In this document: in pieces, positions 29,803 to 38,884 of the stretch
How positions within the stretch are numbered: position 1 is the stretch's first letter
How the letters are laid out: each line of letters opens with the position of its first letter
From: an uncultured virus (IMG/VR IMGVR_UViG_3300032323_001292)
Lineage: Duplodnaviria > Heunggongvirae > Uroviricota > Caudoviricetes
Strand: one strand, 5' to 3'
IMG/VR virus record: IMGVR_UViG_3300032323_001292
Length of the DNA stretch: 64,000 bases
Translations under genes and position numbers: made by a program
Notes under the pieces: generated by a model
Told to the model about the DNA's origin: nothing
Seen by the model: the letters and a program-made list of their open reading frames with translations, nothing else
Databases searched by the model: none

Positions 29803-30420
29803 ATGGCAACTGACAGTATTATAAATAGGTTCTCTACCGTAGCAACGGACCCTTTAAGAAGTTTTCGATTCTACGCAGAGTTCAATCCAACTAAAGACGG
29901 TGTATTTAGTTCTAAGATAAAAACCGGCTCTAGTAATAACTACAATGCTGCTGATGGAAGCTCTACTGGTTTTATTGGTGGTTTTACCAATATCAGTGGT
30001 CTTTCTATTAACACACAACCAATTCAATACCGTGAAGGTGGCTACAACACTACTGTTCATCAAATTCCTGGTATGACAACATTCACCCCTGTATCTTTTC
30101 AAAGAGGTGTTTTGTATGGAAATGACCAAGCAATTACATGGATGCGTGGATTGTTCGCTGTTGCCTCTGGAGAAGGCATTGCTTTAGGTACAAAAGGGTT
30201 TAGATGCGATGTTGACATTTATGTCTTATCTCATCCAAACGCAACAGATAAAAACATTTCTAGAATGGGATTCAGACTAAGAAATGCATGGATTAGCACT
30301 TTGAATTATTCAGATTTAAATTCTGGTGACAATCAAATTCTGTTTGAATCAATGCAACTAGTTCACGAAGGATTGTCAGTATTCTTTACTGATAATAACT
30401 TTAACGCAATAACCAATTAA
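29803..30420 (+). CDS. Tail tube protein (T4 gp19-like)
   Basis: DPLRSFRF, GF..ISGL, YREGG, PG.T.F.PV.FQRG. Confidence 0.9.
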   Translation: MATDSIINRFSTVATDPLRSFRFYAEFNPTKDGVFSSKIKTGSSNNYNAADGSSTGFIGGFTNISGLSINTQPIQYREGGYNTTVHQIPGMTTFTPVSFQRGVLYGNDQAITWMRGLFAVASGEGIALGTKGFRCDVDIYVLSHPNATDKNISRMGFRLRNAWISTLNYSDLNSGDNQILFESMQLVHEGLSVFFTDNNFNAITN

Positions 30421-30443
30421 ATTAATAAAAAGGAGCATTAAAA

Positions 30444-31247
30444 GTGATAAACAAACAAGTCATTACTGACGAGGACTTAGTAAAACAATTTGCAGAAAAA
30501 GCATTAGAAGAACCAGCTAAAGAAATTAAAACAGAAACTCCAACTGATTTAATAGTAGCGCTTCCTGGGGGATTTATTACCCAGGAAGGTTCTTTAATCA
30601 AACAAGCAAAAGTTCGAGAGTTAACTGGAGTAGATGAAGAAATTATTGCTCGTTCTGAAAGTGAAGCTAAAGCTTTACAAGTAATTCTTCAAAGAGGTTT
30701 AGAAGAAATAGGTGACAAAAGACCTAGTGAAAACGATTTAGATTCTCTTTTAGCTGGGGATAGGGACGCAATACTTTTAGGTATTAGAAAAGCAACTTTT
30801 GGAAGAACTGTGGAATATAAAATTAATGGATGCAATAGTTGTTCAGAGCCACAATCTTTTGAAATTGATTTAGATACAGATGTTAAAAATACAGAATTAA
30901 AAGACCCATATGAAAGAACTTGGGAAATAGAACTTAAAAATGGAAAAGCAGTAGTTGCTTTACCTAATGGATTGGTTCAAAGAAAATTAGGACAAAGTGT
31001 TTTAAACAAAACAATGGCAGAATTAAACACTATTTTATTGTCTGGGTGTGTTCTTTCAATAAACGGAATTCCTACTGTAAACACTGAAGATGTATTAAAT
31101 CTTGGAATGGCTGATAGAGAAAAAATTGCCACGGAATTGCTTGAAAGAAATCCTGGCCCTCGCCTTATGGAGGTGAGCAAGGCTTGTAAGGCATGTGGAA
31201 AAGATATAAATCTTCCACTGTCCTTAGCTGCTTTGTTTCGCATATAA
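30444..31247 (+). CDS. Tail/baseplate-hub assembly chaperone (T4 gp26-like)
   Basis: VRELTG.DEE, L..GDRDAILL.IR..TFG, two CxxC motifs; between tube and tape measure. Confidence 0.75.
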   Translation: MINKQVITDEDLVKQFAEKALEEPAKEIKTETPTDLIVALPGGFITQEGSLIKQAKVRELTGVDEEIIARSESEAKALQVILQRGLEEIGDKRPSENDLDSLLAGDRDAILLGIRKATFGRTVEYKINGCNSCSEPQSFEIDLDTDVKNTELKDPYERTWEIELKNGKAVVALPNGLVQRKLGQSVLNKTMAELNTILLSGCVLSINGIPTVNTEDVLNLGMADREKIATELLERNPGPRLMEVSKACKACGKDINLPLSLAALFRI

Positions 31248-31386
31248 AGACGAACAGTATCAAGAATTGTACGACCAGTTTGAAGTAATTGCAAGAGCTT
31301 TTAATGGTTTTACTTTAGGTGATATTAAAGGAATGACTGTTAAAGAAAGAAAAAACTGGATAGAGCGTTCAGGAAGATATAGGTAG
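31237..31386 (+). CDS. +1-frame extension of tail chaperone (probable frameshift product)
   Basis: Frame FAYKDEQYQELYDQFEVIARAFNGFTLGDIKGMTVKERKNWIERSGRYR* opens just before TTT CGC; no evident RBS. Confidence 0.6.
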   Translation, partial: FAYKDEQYQELYDQFEVIARAFNGFTLGDIKGMTVKERKNWIERSGRYR

Positions 31387-31400
31387 ATTGGAGGTGTGCT

Positions 31401-33221
31401 ATGGACAAGATTAATCAAGTAACTAATGCCATTACTGGTGGTTTAGCTGGCGCTAAACAACACATTAGAGAAATAACTAATGATTTAAAGGAAATGGCAC
31501 GCCAAGCTAATTTATTTTCTTCAACCATGTCAGGAATGGGTGGAACTGGCGGAGGCGGAGATTTAGGGGTAGGTGGCGGAGGTTCTGTATTTAATAATAA
31601 TCCGTCATTTGGTGGAGCTTCTGGTGGTCAGCCAAGTGGTTTTGGAATTAGTCAAGGTGCTGTAAGAGCAGGTGGTGCAGCATTTGCTGGATTGCGTGCT
31701 GCTCTTCCGGGAGCATCTACTGCTATTACTACTGATGCAGTAATTAATTATCAAAGATTTTTTGGCAATTTAACTGGACGACAACCTCAAGCTTTATTAA
31801 ATAATTTAAATAGGCAAGGCTTACCTACAAGTAGAACAGATGCTGCTGGAGCTTTATTAGAAGCTCAAAACTTTGGTTTTACTGGGCAAGGTAATTTTTC
31901 TACAACTATGGCTACAGGTTTTGCAGAAGTTTCTAGAACTCTTCCTGGAGCTGGCCTTACTGGTGGTGTTCAAGTAACTGGAACTATGAATCAAGCGCGT
32001 ACTGTAAATATGGCTCGTATGATTGGCATTCAAATTCGTGACCCATTTACTGGACAACCTAAAAAACCTACAGAAGTAGCTGACCAAATTTTTCAAATGA
32101 TTACAAATAACTTAGGAAGAACTCCTACTAAAAAAGATATTAATAGTTCTTTGTTACCTGGTCAAGGTTTATATAACTTTTTAAATGATTTATTTCCTGG
32201 CGATGACCTAACAAAAAAGTTTGTTATTAGAGCTTTACTTCAAAGAGCCCAAGGTGGAGATTTTAGCGCTGCAAGTCTTCTTGAAACAGGTGCTACAACA
32301 TCAACTCAACAAATACTTGGAAAAGTACAAGGAGCGTTGGGTGGAATAACTGCAGCTACTTCTCCTTTTATTTCAGGATTAGTAGGTGGTGGAGGTAACG
32401 TACTAGGTGGAGTACTTGAAGGACTTTTAGGTCAATTATTAAGAATATTTAAAATTCCAGGTCTTCAAGATGGTGGAGAAGCTAAAAAGGGAAAACCTTA
32501 CATAGTTGGAGAAAAAGAAGCAGAAATATTTGTTCCTAAAGAAGATGGAGTAGTTGTACCTTCTGGTGGTAAAGGCGGTCCTTTTGATAGAGCTGGTTGG
32601 GCTAAAAAAATATTAGGTGGTATGGGCGCACCTTCTAGTGAAACTAACGTACAAGCAATGATGCGTTGGATGGCTCAAGAAGGTGGGCATTCTAATAACA
32701 GTGCTTATTTCAATCCTCTAAATACAACTAAATCAATGCCAGGAGAACTTGGTGTTATGAACAGCCATGGAGTTAGAAGGTATGCTAACTGGGACATGGG
32801 GTTTGATGCCACATTAAAAACTTTAAATTTAAATTATTACAAAGCTGTAGTAGATGCATTTAGGTCAAACGCTGACCCTAAAGAAATTTATCACGCAATT
32901 GTTACAAGTAAATGGGGAACTAAAAATTTGCCTGCTTCTGGTGCTCAAGGCCTTTATGATTCAAGTAAGTACGGAGGCGGTGGCGGTGGAAGTGGTATAG
33001 CCACAAGCGGTGGTTCAGAAAGTAGCGGCGCTGGTGGTGGAGGTGCGGCTCTAGGTGGATTTAGAGCAGATTCATCAGACCCATTTAGAGCAGGTTCTGT
33101 TAATTATGGAGGAGTAAGTATTAGTATTAACGGCGCTAACATTTCAGCACGAGATTTGGTAGAAGAAATTAAGAAACAATTAAAGTACGATAATATAGTA
33201 TCTATGATAGGTGCATCATAA
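31401..33221 (+). CDS. Tape measure protein with C-terminal lysozyme-like domain
   Basis: GGAGG RBS, position after chaperone, GG...G.PYIVGE.EAE.FVP motif, WMAQEGG...FNPLNTT...GVRRY segment. Confidence 0.75.
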   Translation: MDKINQVTNAITGGLAGAKQHIREITNDLKEMARQANLFSSTMSGMGGTGGGGDLGVGGGGSVFNNNPSFGGASGGQPSGFGISQGAVRAGGAAFAGLRAALPGASTAITTDAVINYQRFFGNLTGRQPQALLNNLNRQGLPTSRTDAAGALLEAQNFGFTGQGNFSTTMATGFAEVSRTLPGAGLTGGVQVTGTMNQARTVNMARMIGIQIRDPFTGQPKKPTEVADQIFQMITNNLGRTPTKKDINSSLLPGQGLYNFLNDLFPGDDLTKKFVIRALLQRAQGGDFSAASLLETGATTSTQQILGKVQGALGGITAATSPFISGLVGGGGNVLGGVLEGLLGQLLRIFKIPGLQDGGEAKKGKPYIVGEKEAEIFVPKEDGVVVPSGGKGGPFDRAGWAKKILGGMGAPSSETNVQAMMRWMAQEGGHSNNSAYFNPLNTTKSMPGELGVMNSHGVRRYANWDMGFDATLKTLNLNYYKAVVDAFRSNADPKEIYHAIVTSKWGTKNLPASGAQGLYDSSKYGGGGGGSGIATSGGSESSGAGGGGAALGGFRADSSDPFRAGSVNYGGVSISINGANISARDLVEEIKKQLKYDNIVSMIGAS

Positions 33222-34243
33222 TGGCAAACCCAAAACAAGTTATTAAATCATATAAAGCTTCTTGGCCTTCTGGATATAAATTTAATTTACCTCCACATAG
33301 TTGGAGTTTACCTGTTCCCGCAATAGAACATGAACAATTACCTTCTAGAACAAGAAATGGTGTTATTAATAGAGGACGGTCAACAACCGATAGAAATAGA
33401 AGAGGAAGAATTTGGAGATACGCTGACTTACCTAATTTAGTAGATAGTTCTGACCCTGTAGTTTCAAGTAAATGGGCGTTTTGGTCTGCTGTTGCAAGTA
33501 ATGCTAGCTCATTTAAACCGAATCCAATTAGTGCAGGTTTGGTTGGAAAAAAAATTCTTGATAGTTTTAGACAAAGTCAAAATCAACAAAGCACTCCTCT
33601 TGGTATTACTAGAGCATCAAGAGAACAAGAAAAATATGGGTTTCAATTTATGTGGAATCCAACAACTTATACTACTAGCACTGGTATTTCTTTTAACGTT
33701 ACTCCTTCTGCTACTGACTCTTTAGCTTTTTTAAACATGTTTCAAGGAACTGGAGCAATAAGATTTGAAATAGAACTAAACAGAATAAATGATTTTGCTT
33801 GTTTTAAATCTAAAACTAGTTCTAATTTTAGTCAATTTTATGGCCCTTTATGGAGCGGTAATAACTCAGATTACGGAAGTTTAATTGCTGATTTAAAAAA
33901 TAGAGGAACTTTAGCTGATTTAGAATATTTATATAAAACTGTAAATGGCCCTTATCTCAAAAACATAGCTCAACAAGATACTTCAGATGTTGGTATTTTA
34001 ATTCCCACTTTAGTTAGAGTTGATATTGGCCCATATACTCAAGTTGGATATATTTCAAACTTAACGGTAACACATAAAATGTTTACTCAAGACATGATTC
34101 CAATACACAGTACAGTAACAATTGATTTTTCAATGCTTAGTTCTTATGGTTTTGGAAATCAAGACCCAGAAAATGCAGAAAATGTTGGAAATCCAACTAC
34201 GGGAACAGAACCTAAAACTGGTCTGTTTGATTTTTTTAGGTAG
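33221..34243 (+). CDS. Putative tail tube initiator/baseplate protein
   Basis: YGFQFMWNPTT, GYISNLTVTH.MF..DMIP....V.I. Confidence 0.6.
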   Translation: MANPKQVIKSYKASWPSGYKFNLPPHSWSLPVPAIEHEQLPSRTRNGVINRGRSTTDRNRRGRIWRYADLPNLVDSSDPVVSSKWAFWSAVASNASSFKPNPISAGLVGKKILDSFRQSQNQQSTPLGITRASREQEKYGFQFMWNPTTYTTSTGISFNVTPSATDSLAFLNMFQGTGAIRFEIELNRINDFACFKSKTSSNFSQFYGPLWSGNNSDYGSLIADLKNRGTLADLEYLYKTVNGPYLKNIAQQDTSDVGILIPTLVRVDIGPYTQVGYISNLTVTHKMFTQDMIPIHSTVTIDFSMLSSYGFGNQDPENAENVGNPTTGTEPKTGLFDFFR

Positions 34244-34249
34244 GGCTAA

Positions 34250-34534
34250 ATGATATCTAAAAATTCTAGGTATGAGTATTCTATAATTGATTATTTTGCT
34301 TTAGAAAAAAACGCTGACGTACATCCAGTTTTATTTTATCCAATGCCTGATATAGGAACTATTAACTATTTTGAATACGCTGTTGTAAAAGGAGATAGAT
34401 TAGATTTAATAGCAGAAAGATTTTATGGAGACCCATCTGTTTGGTGGTTTATATTACAAAAAAATCCACAAATAAAAGACCCAAATAATATACCTATTGG
34501 AACCATTATAAAAATAGAAGCAGTGGGTGAGTAG
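34250..34534 (+). CDS. LysM/gpX-like baseplate protein
   Basis: YAVVKGDRLDLIAERFYGDPSVWW.I...NP.I.DP..IPIGT.IKI. Confidence 0.9.
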   Translation: MISKNSRYEYSIIDYFALEKNADVHPVLFYPMPDIGTINYFEYAVVKGDRLDLIAERFYGDPSVWWFILQKNPQIKDPNNIPIGTIIKIEAVGE

Positions 34535-34536
34535 AG

Positions 34537-35898
34537 ATGTCTAATAAAACAATTAGTGTTTCTTTTCCTTCTTTAAAATTAAAAAAAAGACCTATAGTTT
34601 ATTCAGCAAAATTAAAACAAGACAGATATAAACATGACGTTGGAACTATTGTTTTTAGAAATTGGGATTTATCTGAAAAAATGATACCACCTGGAACTCC
34701 TATGTTAATAACATTAAATAGCATTAGAGGAATAGATTCATATCCAGGGTTTGTACATCATGTAAAAAAAGTAATGGATACTGAAAAACGATTTGTAGAA
34801 GTTACTTTTATAGGTGCATCTTACAGGATGAAACAAAAAACTCAAAAAGTTTGGAAAAAAGTAACTGTTTCTCAAGTAGCTAAAACTATTGCAAAAAAAT
34901 ATAAACTTTCTTTTGATATAACTCCTCATAAAAGAGTGTTTTCTCAGTTAGCTCAACATGGAGAAAGTGATTGGCAATTTTTAGTTAAATGTGCTAAAAA
35001 ATGTGGTTATTTATTTAGAGTAGATGGAACTACTTTAATTTTTAAACCAATTGATGAAATTTTTAATAAATATAAAAACTATGCTCCAACTTACAATTTA
35101 AGTAATCTAACAGTAAGTGGGGCTGGTATAAAAGGTTCTGATATTTATTCATTTACTCCAATTGTTGGAGAATCTATTCCTTTTCCAGACGCAACTAAAA
35201 GTTTTCAATCTTTTAATGGGGTAAATCCTATTACTAAAAAATCTAATTCATTTAGTAAACAAAACTACAAAAATGGTAAAAGAAGAAAAATGAAAGCTCC
35301 TTTATTTGATAGTTTTGATACAGATACTGTAGTTCCTGGTATGGACATAGCAAAATCTCATTCTGATGCTTTTGCAGAAATGATTAAATTTCCGTACAGA
35401 GCAAATGGAGCTGTTGTGGGAACGCCAACATTAATACCAGGTATGCCTATTTATTTAACAGGAGTGGGTGATGAATATAGTGGTCATTGGATAATTCTTT
35501 CTCTTGAGCATGTAGTTCATTATATAAATTTAACTGAAACAAAATATACGACTAATATAGAAATAGGTATTGATTCTCTTGGAGAATCTTTAAAAAATAT
35601 ACAAGATGTTTCAAATATGTCAGAATATGAAAATTCAGTGTATGTAGAACCAAATGTTAGACAAACACTTAGAAAACCTAAATCATTTATTAAAACAAAA
35701 AGAATTCCTACTCAAAATGATTCTAACATAACTTTAGGAAAAGTTAAAAATTTTGATAAAACTATTTCAAGAGCTAAAAATGAATCTTACTCATATTGGG
35801 AAAGTGAAATAACTGATGTTAGACTAAGGCAAAATAAACCAAGTAATAGAAGTATTTTTGTTGCTCAAAGGCTTAGACGGAGGCTGTGCTGTTGTTAG
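34537..35898 (+). CDS. Baseplate hub protein (gpD/late-control-like)
   Basis: Q..ESDWQFL..CAKKCGY.F, G.P.L.PG..I.L.GVG..YSG.W.I. Confidence 0.8.
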   Translation: MSNKTISVSFPSLKLKKRPIVYSAKLKQDRYKHDVGTIVFRNWDLSEKMIPPGTPMLITLNSIRGIDSYPGFVHHVKKVMDTEKRFVEVTFIGASYRMKQKTQKVWKKVTVSQVAKTIAKKYKLSFDITPHKRVFSQLAQHGESDWQFLVKCAKKCGYLFRVDGTTLIFKPIDEIFNKYKNYAPTYNLSNLTVSGAGIKGSDIYSFTPIVGESIPFPDATKSFQSFNGVNPITKKSNSFSKQNYKNGKRRKMKAPLFDSFDTDTVVPGMDIAKSHSDAFAEMIKFPYRANGAVVGTPTLIPGMPIYLTGVGDEYSGHWIILSLEHVVHYINLTETKYTTNIEIGIDSLGESLKNIQDVSNMSEYENSVYVEPNVRQTLRKPKSFIKTKRIPTQNDSNITLGKVKNFDKTISRAKNESYSYWESEITDVRLRQNKPSNRSIFVAQRLRRRLCCC

Positions 35899-36272
35899 GC
35901 GGAGAGGTAGATAAAAAATTTTATGGCATCTATAGAGGTATTTGTTTAGATGTTAAAGACCCTATTTCTAAAAGCAGAATTAGAGTAAAAGTGCCTCAAG
36001 TTCTTGGAGAACAAGTAACTGATTGGGCATGGCCTTGTCTTCCCGCTTCTGCTTACCAAACTCATCTAAACCATGTAGTGACTATAGGTTCTGGCGGCAC
36101 TCCTTCTCATAGTCATTCGGCAACAGTTACTAGAGCCTCTGCGTCAGACCCTAGAGATACAGGCTCTTCCCAGCACACAGTTCACTATAAAACCCCTAAA
36201 CTTAATGATGGGGTATGGGTTATGTTTGAAGGCGGAGACCCTAATTTTCCAGTTTGGATGGGAGTGTTCTAA
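35886..36272 (+). CDS. Baseplate spike (gp5/gpV OB-fold)
   Basis: GIYRG....KDP..KSRIRVKVP, VWVMFEGGDPNFPVW; His-rich insert; exact start uncertain. Confidence 0.85.
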   Translation: MLLLGGEVDKKFYGIYRGICLDVKDPISKSRIRVKVPQVLGEQVTDWAWPCLPASAYQTHLNHVVTIGSGGTPSHSHSATVTRASASDPRDTGSSQHTVHYKTPKLNDGVWVMFEGGDPNFPVWMGVF

Positions 36273-36676
36273 TGGCTACTCAAAGAGCTATATCTTTACC
36301 TTTTTCTTTAAGTGAGTCCTATGGCATATCTTTTACAACTAATCAAAATAAAATATATAAAGATAGAGTATTTTTGGCTGTTATGACTGCTTTTAATGAA
36401 CGGGTAATGAGGCCTACTTATGGTAGTCAAGTAAAAACGGTTACTTTTGAACTTGAAGAAGACGCTACTGCTATAGTAGATTCAAGCGTTAGAGATGCTT
36501 TTGCTAATTGGTTGCCTTCTTTAGTTTTATTAGATTTAACGTCAGAACTGGATATAGAAAATATGCATTTTAATATTACAATAAACTATAAGCTTCCAAA
36601 TGAAACAACAGATGAAATAAGAATAAATACAGGTACCTTTACTAGGTCCGGAGATTTGCTTGAAGGGAATAACTAA
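36272..36676 (+). CDS. Baseplate wedge protein (gp25/GPW-like)
   Basis: T..NERVMRPTYGS motif; TAATG-coupled start. Confidence 0.85.
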   Translation: MATQRAISLPFSLSESYGISFTTNQNKIYKDRVFLAVMTAFNERVMRPTYGSQVKTVTFELEEDATAIVDSSVRDAFANWLPSLVLLDLTSELDIENMHFNITINYKLPNETTDEIRINTGTFTRSGDLLEGNN

Positions 36677-38376
36677 TGGCTGAACCAAATGTAATACCTC
36701 AAATAGATTACACATCTAGAGACTTTGAGGCTATTAGAGATGACATGATATCTCTAATTCAATACTTTTTACCTGAATGGAAGAATAGAGACGCTTCTGA
36801 TTTTGGTATTACTTTAATTGAATTGTTTGCCTATATGGGCGACATTATGAGCTTTTATATAGATAGAGCAGCTAATGAATCGTTTATATTAACCGCCAGT
36901 CAAAGAGACAGCGTTCTTAGAATGGCTAGATTATTAGGATACACCCCTACACCTAGCACTCCAGCAACAGTTACTTTATCTTTTAGTACTTTTGCTACTT
37001 CTTCACAAGTTGTTCCTGCCGGAACTCAAGTATCTACTACAAGCATTGTTAGTGGAGAAAATGTTGAAATAATTTTTGAAACAAATTCTTCTGTAACTGT
37101 CCCAGCTTCTGGCGATGGCGGTTTAACAGCAGGCTCCCCAGTAACAGTAACTGCTACTCAAGGCTACACAGTTGAAGAAACCGGTATAGACGCACTTGGA
37201 GTTTCAAATGGTTTAGCAGACCAAGTTTTTCTTTTAGCTGATTTTCCTGTTATTAAAGATAGCATTGAAATCACAGTTGATAACGTAGTTTATACATTTG
37301 TTGATTATTTAGTAGATTACTCAGGAAATGACCCTATTTATACAATTGATGTAGATGGTGAAGATAGAACTTATGTTATTTTTGGAGATAACGTTGGTGG
37401 ACGTATTCCCCCAAGAAATGGAACTATAGAAGCAACTTACAGAGTTGGTGCTGGAGATGCTGGAAACGTTGCAGAAAATACATTAACTGAGATAGTAACT
37501 AATTATCAAGTAGGTCTTCAGGTAAACAATGAAGACCCCGCTTCAGGAGGTTCTGATTCAGAATCTACTGATTCAGTAAGATTAAATACTCCAATCAGTA
37601 TTAGGTCATTAAACAGAGCGGTTACTTTAGAAGACTACGCGTCTTTAGCCGTCCAAATTTTAGGAGTAGCAAAAGCAAATGCAATTGCTAACACATATAA
37701 CAGCATAACTTTGTATTACGCACCTTCTGGTGACCCTGGTGTTGAAGATGATAATGTTACGCCTACATTAGTGTTTACTAATCTACAACCTACAGTTCAA
37801 ACATTTTTTGCAGATAAAATGCCTCCTACTACAACGTTAACTTTACAACCTCCTTCATATGTAGATGTAAACATAGAAATTGACGTTCAAGTTCTAGACC
37901 AATACAGACAAAGTACCGTTACAAATGCAGTTCAAGCTGTATTAAGTAATTTTCTTGCTTTTGATAACGTTAACTTTAAAGATAGAATAACTTTGCAAGA
38001 TTTGTTAACAGAGGTATCAACAGTATCTGGTGTAGCTTACTCAACTATAACTTTATTAGATAGAGACAATTCTATTACGGCAGCGGCTCGAGCTTCTGGC
38101 TCACCAACTATTACTCTTACTACTTTAAAACCTCATAATTATGTTGCAGGAAATAGAGTAACTATAGCTAGCGTAGATGCAACTGTAAACGGAAATTATT
38201 CTGTTGCATCAGCTCCAACATCAACTACATTTACTATTACAGGAACAGCTACTACTCTTCTAGCTTTAACAGGACTTACAGGAACAATAGAAGCAGTAGT
38301 AGACATCATATGTTCTGACAATGAAATACCTCAAGCAGGAACCTTAACAATCACACCATCCGGTGGAATAGCCTAA
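36676..38376 (+). CDS. Baseplate J/gp47-like wedge protein
   Basis: IDYTSRDF..IR, DFG..LIELFAY.GD, A.GGSD.ES..SVR...P, RAVT..DY. Confidence 0.9.
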   Translation: MAEPNVIPQIDYTSRDFEAIRDDMISLIQYFLPEWKNRDASDFGITLIELFAYMGDIMSFYIDRAANESFILTASQRDSVLRMARLLGYTPTPSTPATVTLSFSTFATSSQVVPAGTQVSTTSIVSGENVEIIFETNSSVTVPASGDGGLTAGSPVTVTATQGYTVEETGIDALGVSNGLADQVFLLADFPVIKDSIEITVDNVVYTFVDYLVDYSGNDPIYTIDVDGEDRTYVIFGDNVGGRIPPRNGTIEATYRVGAGDAGNVAENTLTEIVTNYQVGLQVNNEDPASGGSDSESTDSVRLNTPISIRSLNRAVTLEDYASLAVQILGVAKANAIANTYNSITLYYAPSGDPGVEDDNVTPTLVFTNLQPTVQTFFADKMPPTTTLTLQPPSYVDVNIEIDVQVLDQYRQSTVTNAVQAVLSNFLAFDNVNFKDRITLQDLLTEVSTVSGVAYSTITLLDRDNSITAAARASGSPTITLTTLKPHNYVAGNRVTIASVDATVNGNYSVASAPTSTTFTITGTATTLLALTGLTGTIEAVVDIICSDNEIPQAGTLTITPSGGIA

Positions 38377-38387
38377 AAGGAGAAAAC

Positions 38388-38876
38388 ATGGCCGCAACCT
38401 ACCCAGGAGCTATAAAATCATTTCAAACAAAAAGTAATTTTACTGAAATTGTAGATTCCTCTCACGTAAACTCACTTCAAGATGAAGTAGTTGCAATTCA
38501 AACAAATTTAGGAACAAATATTGCAACTTCTACTTCCCCATCTGCAAGTGGAACATTTAATACAGCATCTCAAAACTATGGGACATTAAACGCAAGACTT
38601 GCAAACATTGAAACTGGTGTGATTGCAGACTCACATAATCAATACGTTCATAAAGTAGGAGGAGACACAATACTTCCTTCTGCTACAAACGTAGTTGGAC
38701 TAAATGTTAGAGCAGCTGCTGGACAATCTGCTAATCTTCAAGAGTGGAGAAATAGTTCAAATTCAGTTAGAACTTGGATTGATGCAAACGGTAATTTAAA
38801 TACAACCACAGGTGTTGCTGCAACTTCAACAGACGTTCAAGAGTTATACGGTTTAGTTATATCTGGCGTATTCTAA
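38388..38876 (+). CDS. Hypothetical fibre-attachment protein
   Basis: 162 aa, AAGGAG RBS, HVNSLQDEVVAIQTNLG. Confidence 0.55.
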   Translation: MAATYPGAIKSFQTKSNFTEIVDSSHVNSLQDEVVAIQTNLGTNIATSTSPSASGTFNTASQNYGTLNARLANIETGVIADSHNQYVHKVGGDTILPSATNVVGLNVRAAAGQSANLQEWRNSSNSVRTWIDANGNLNTTTGVAATSTDVQELYGLVISGVF

Positions 38877-38884
38877 GGTAAACG

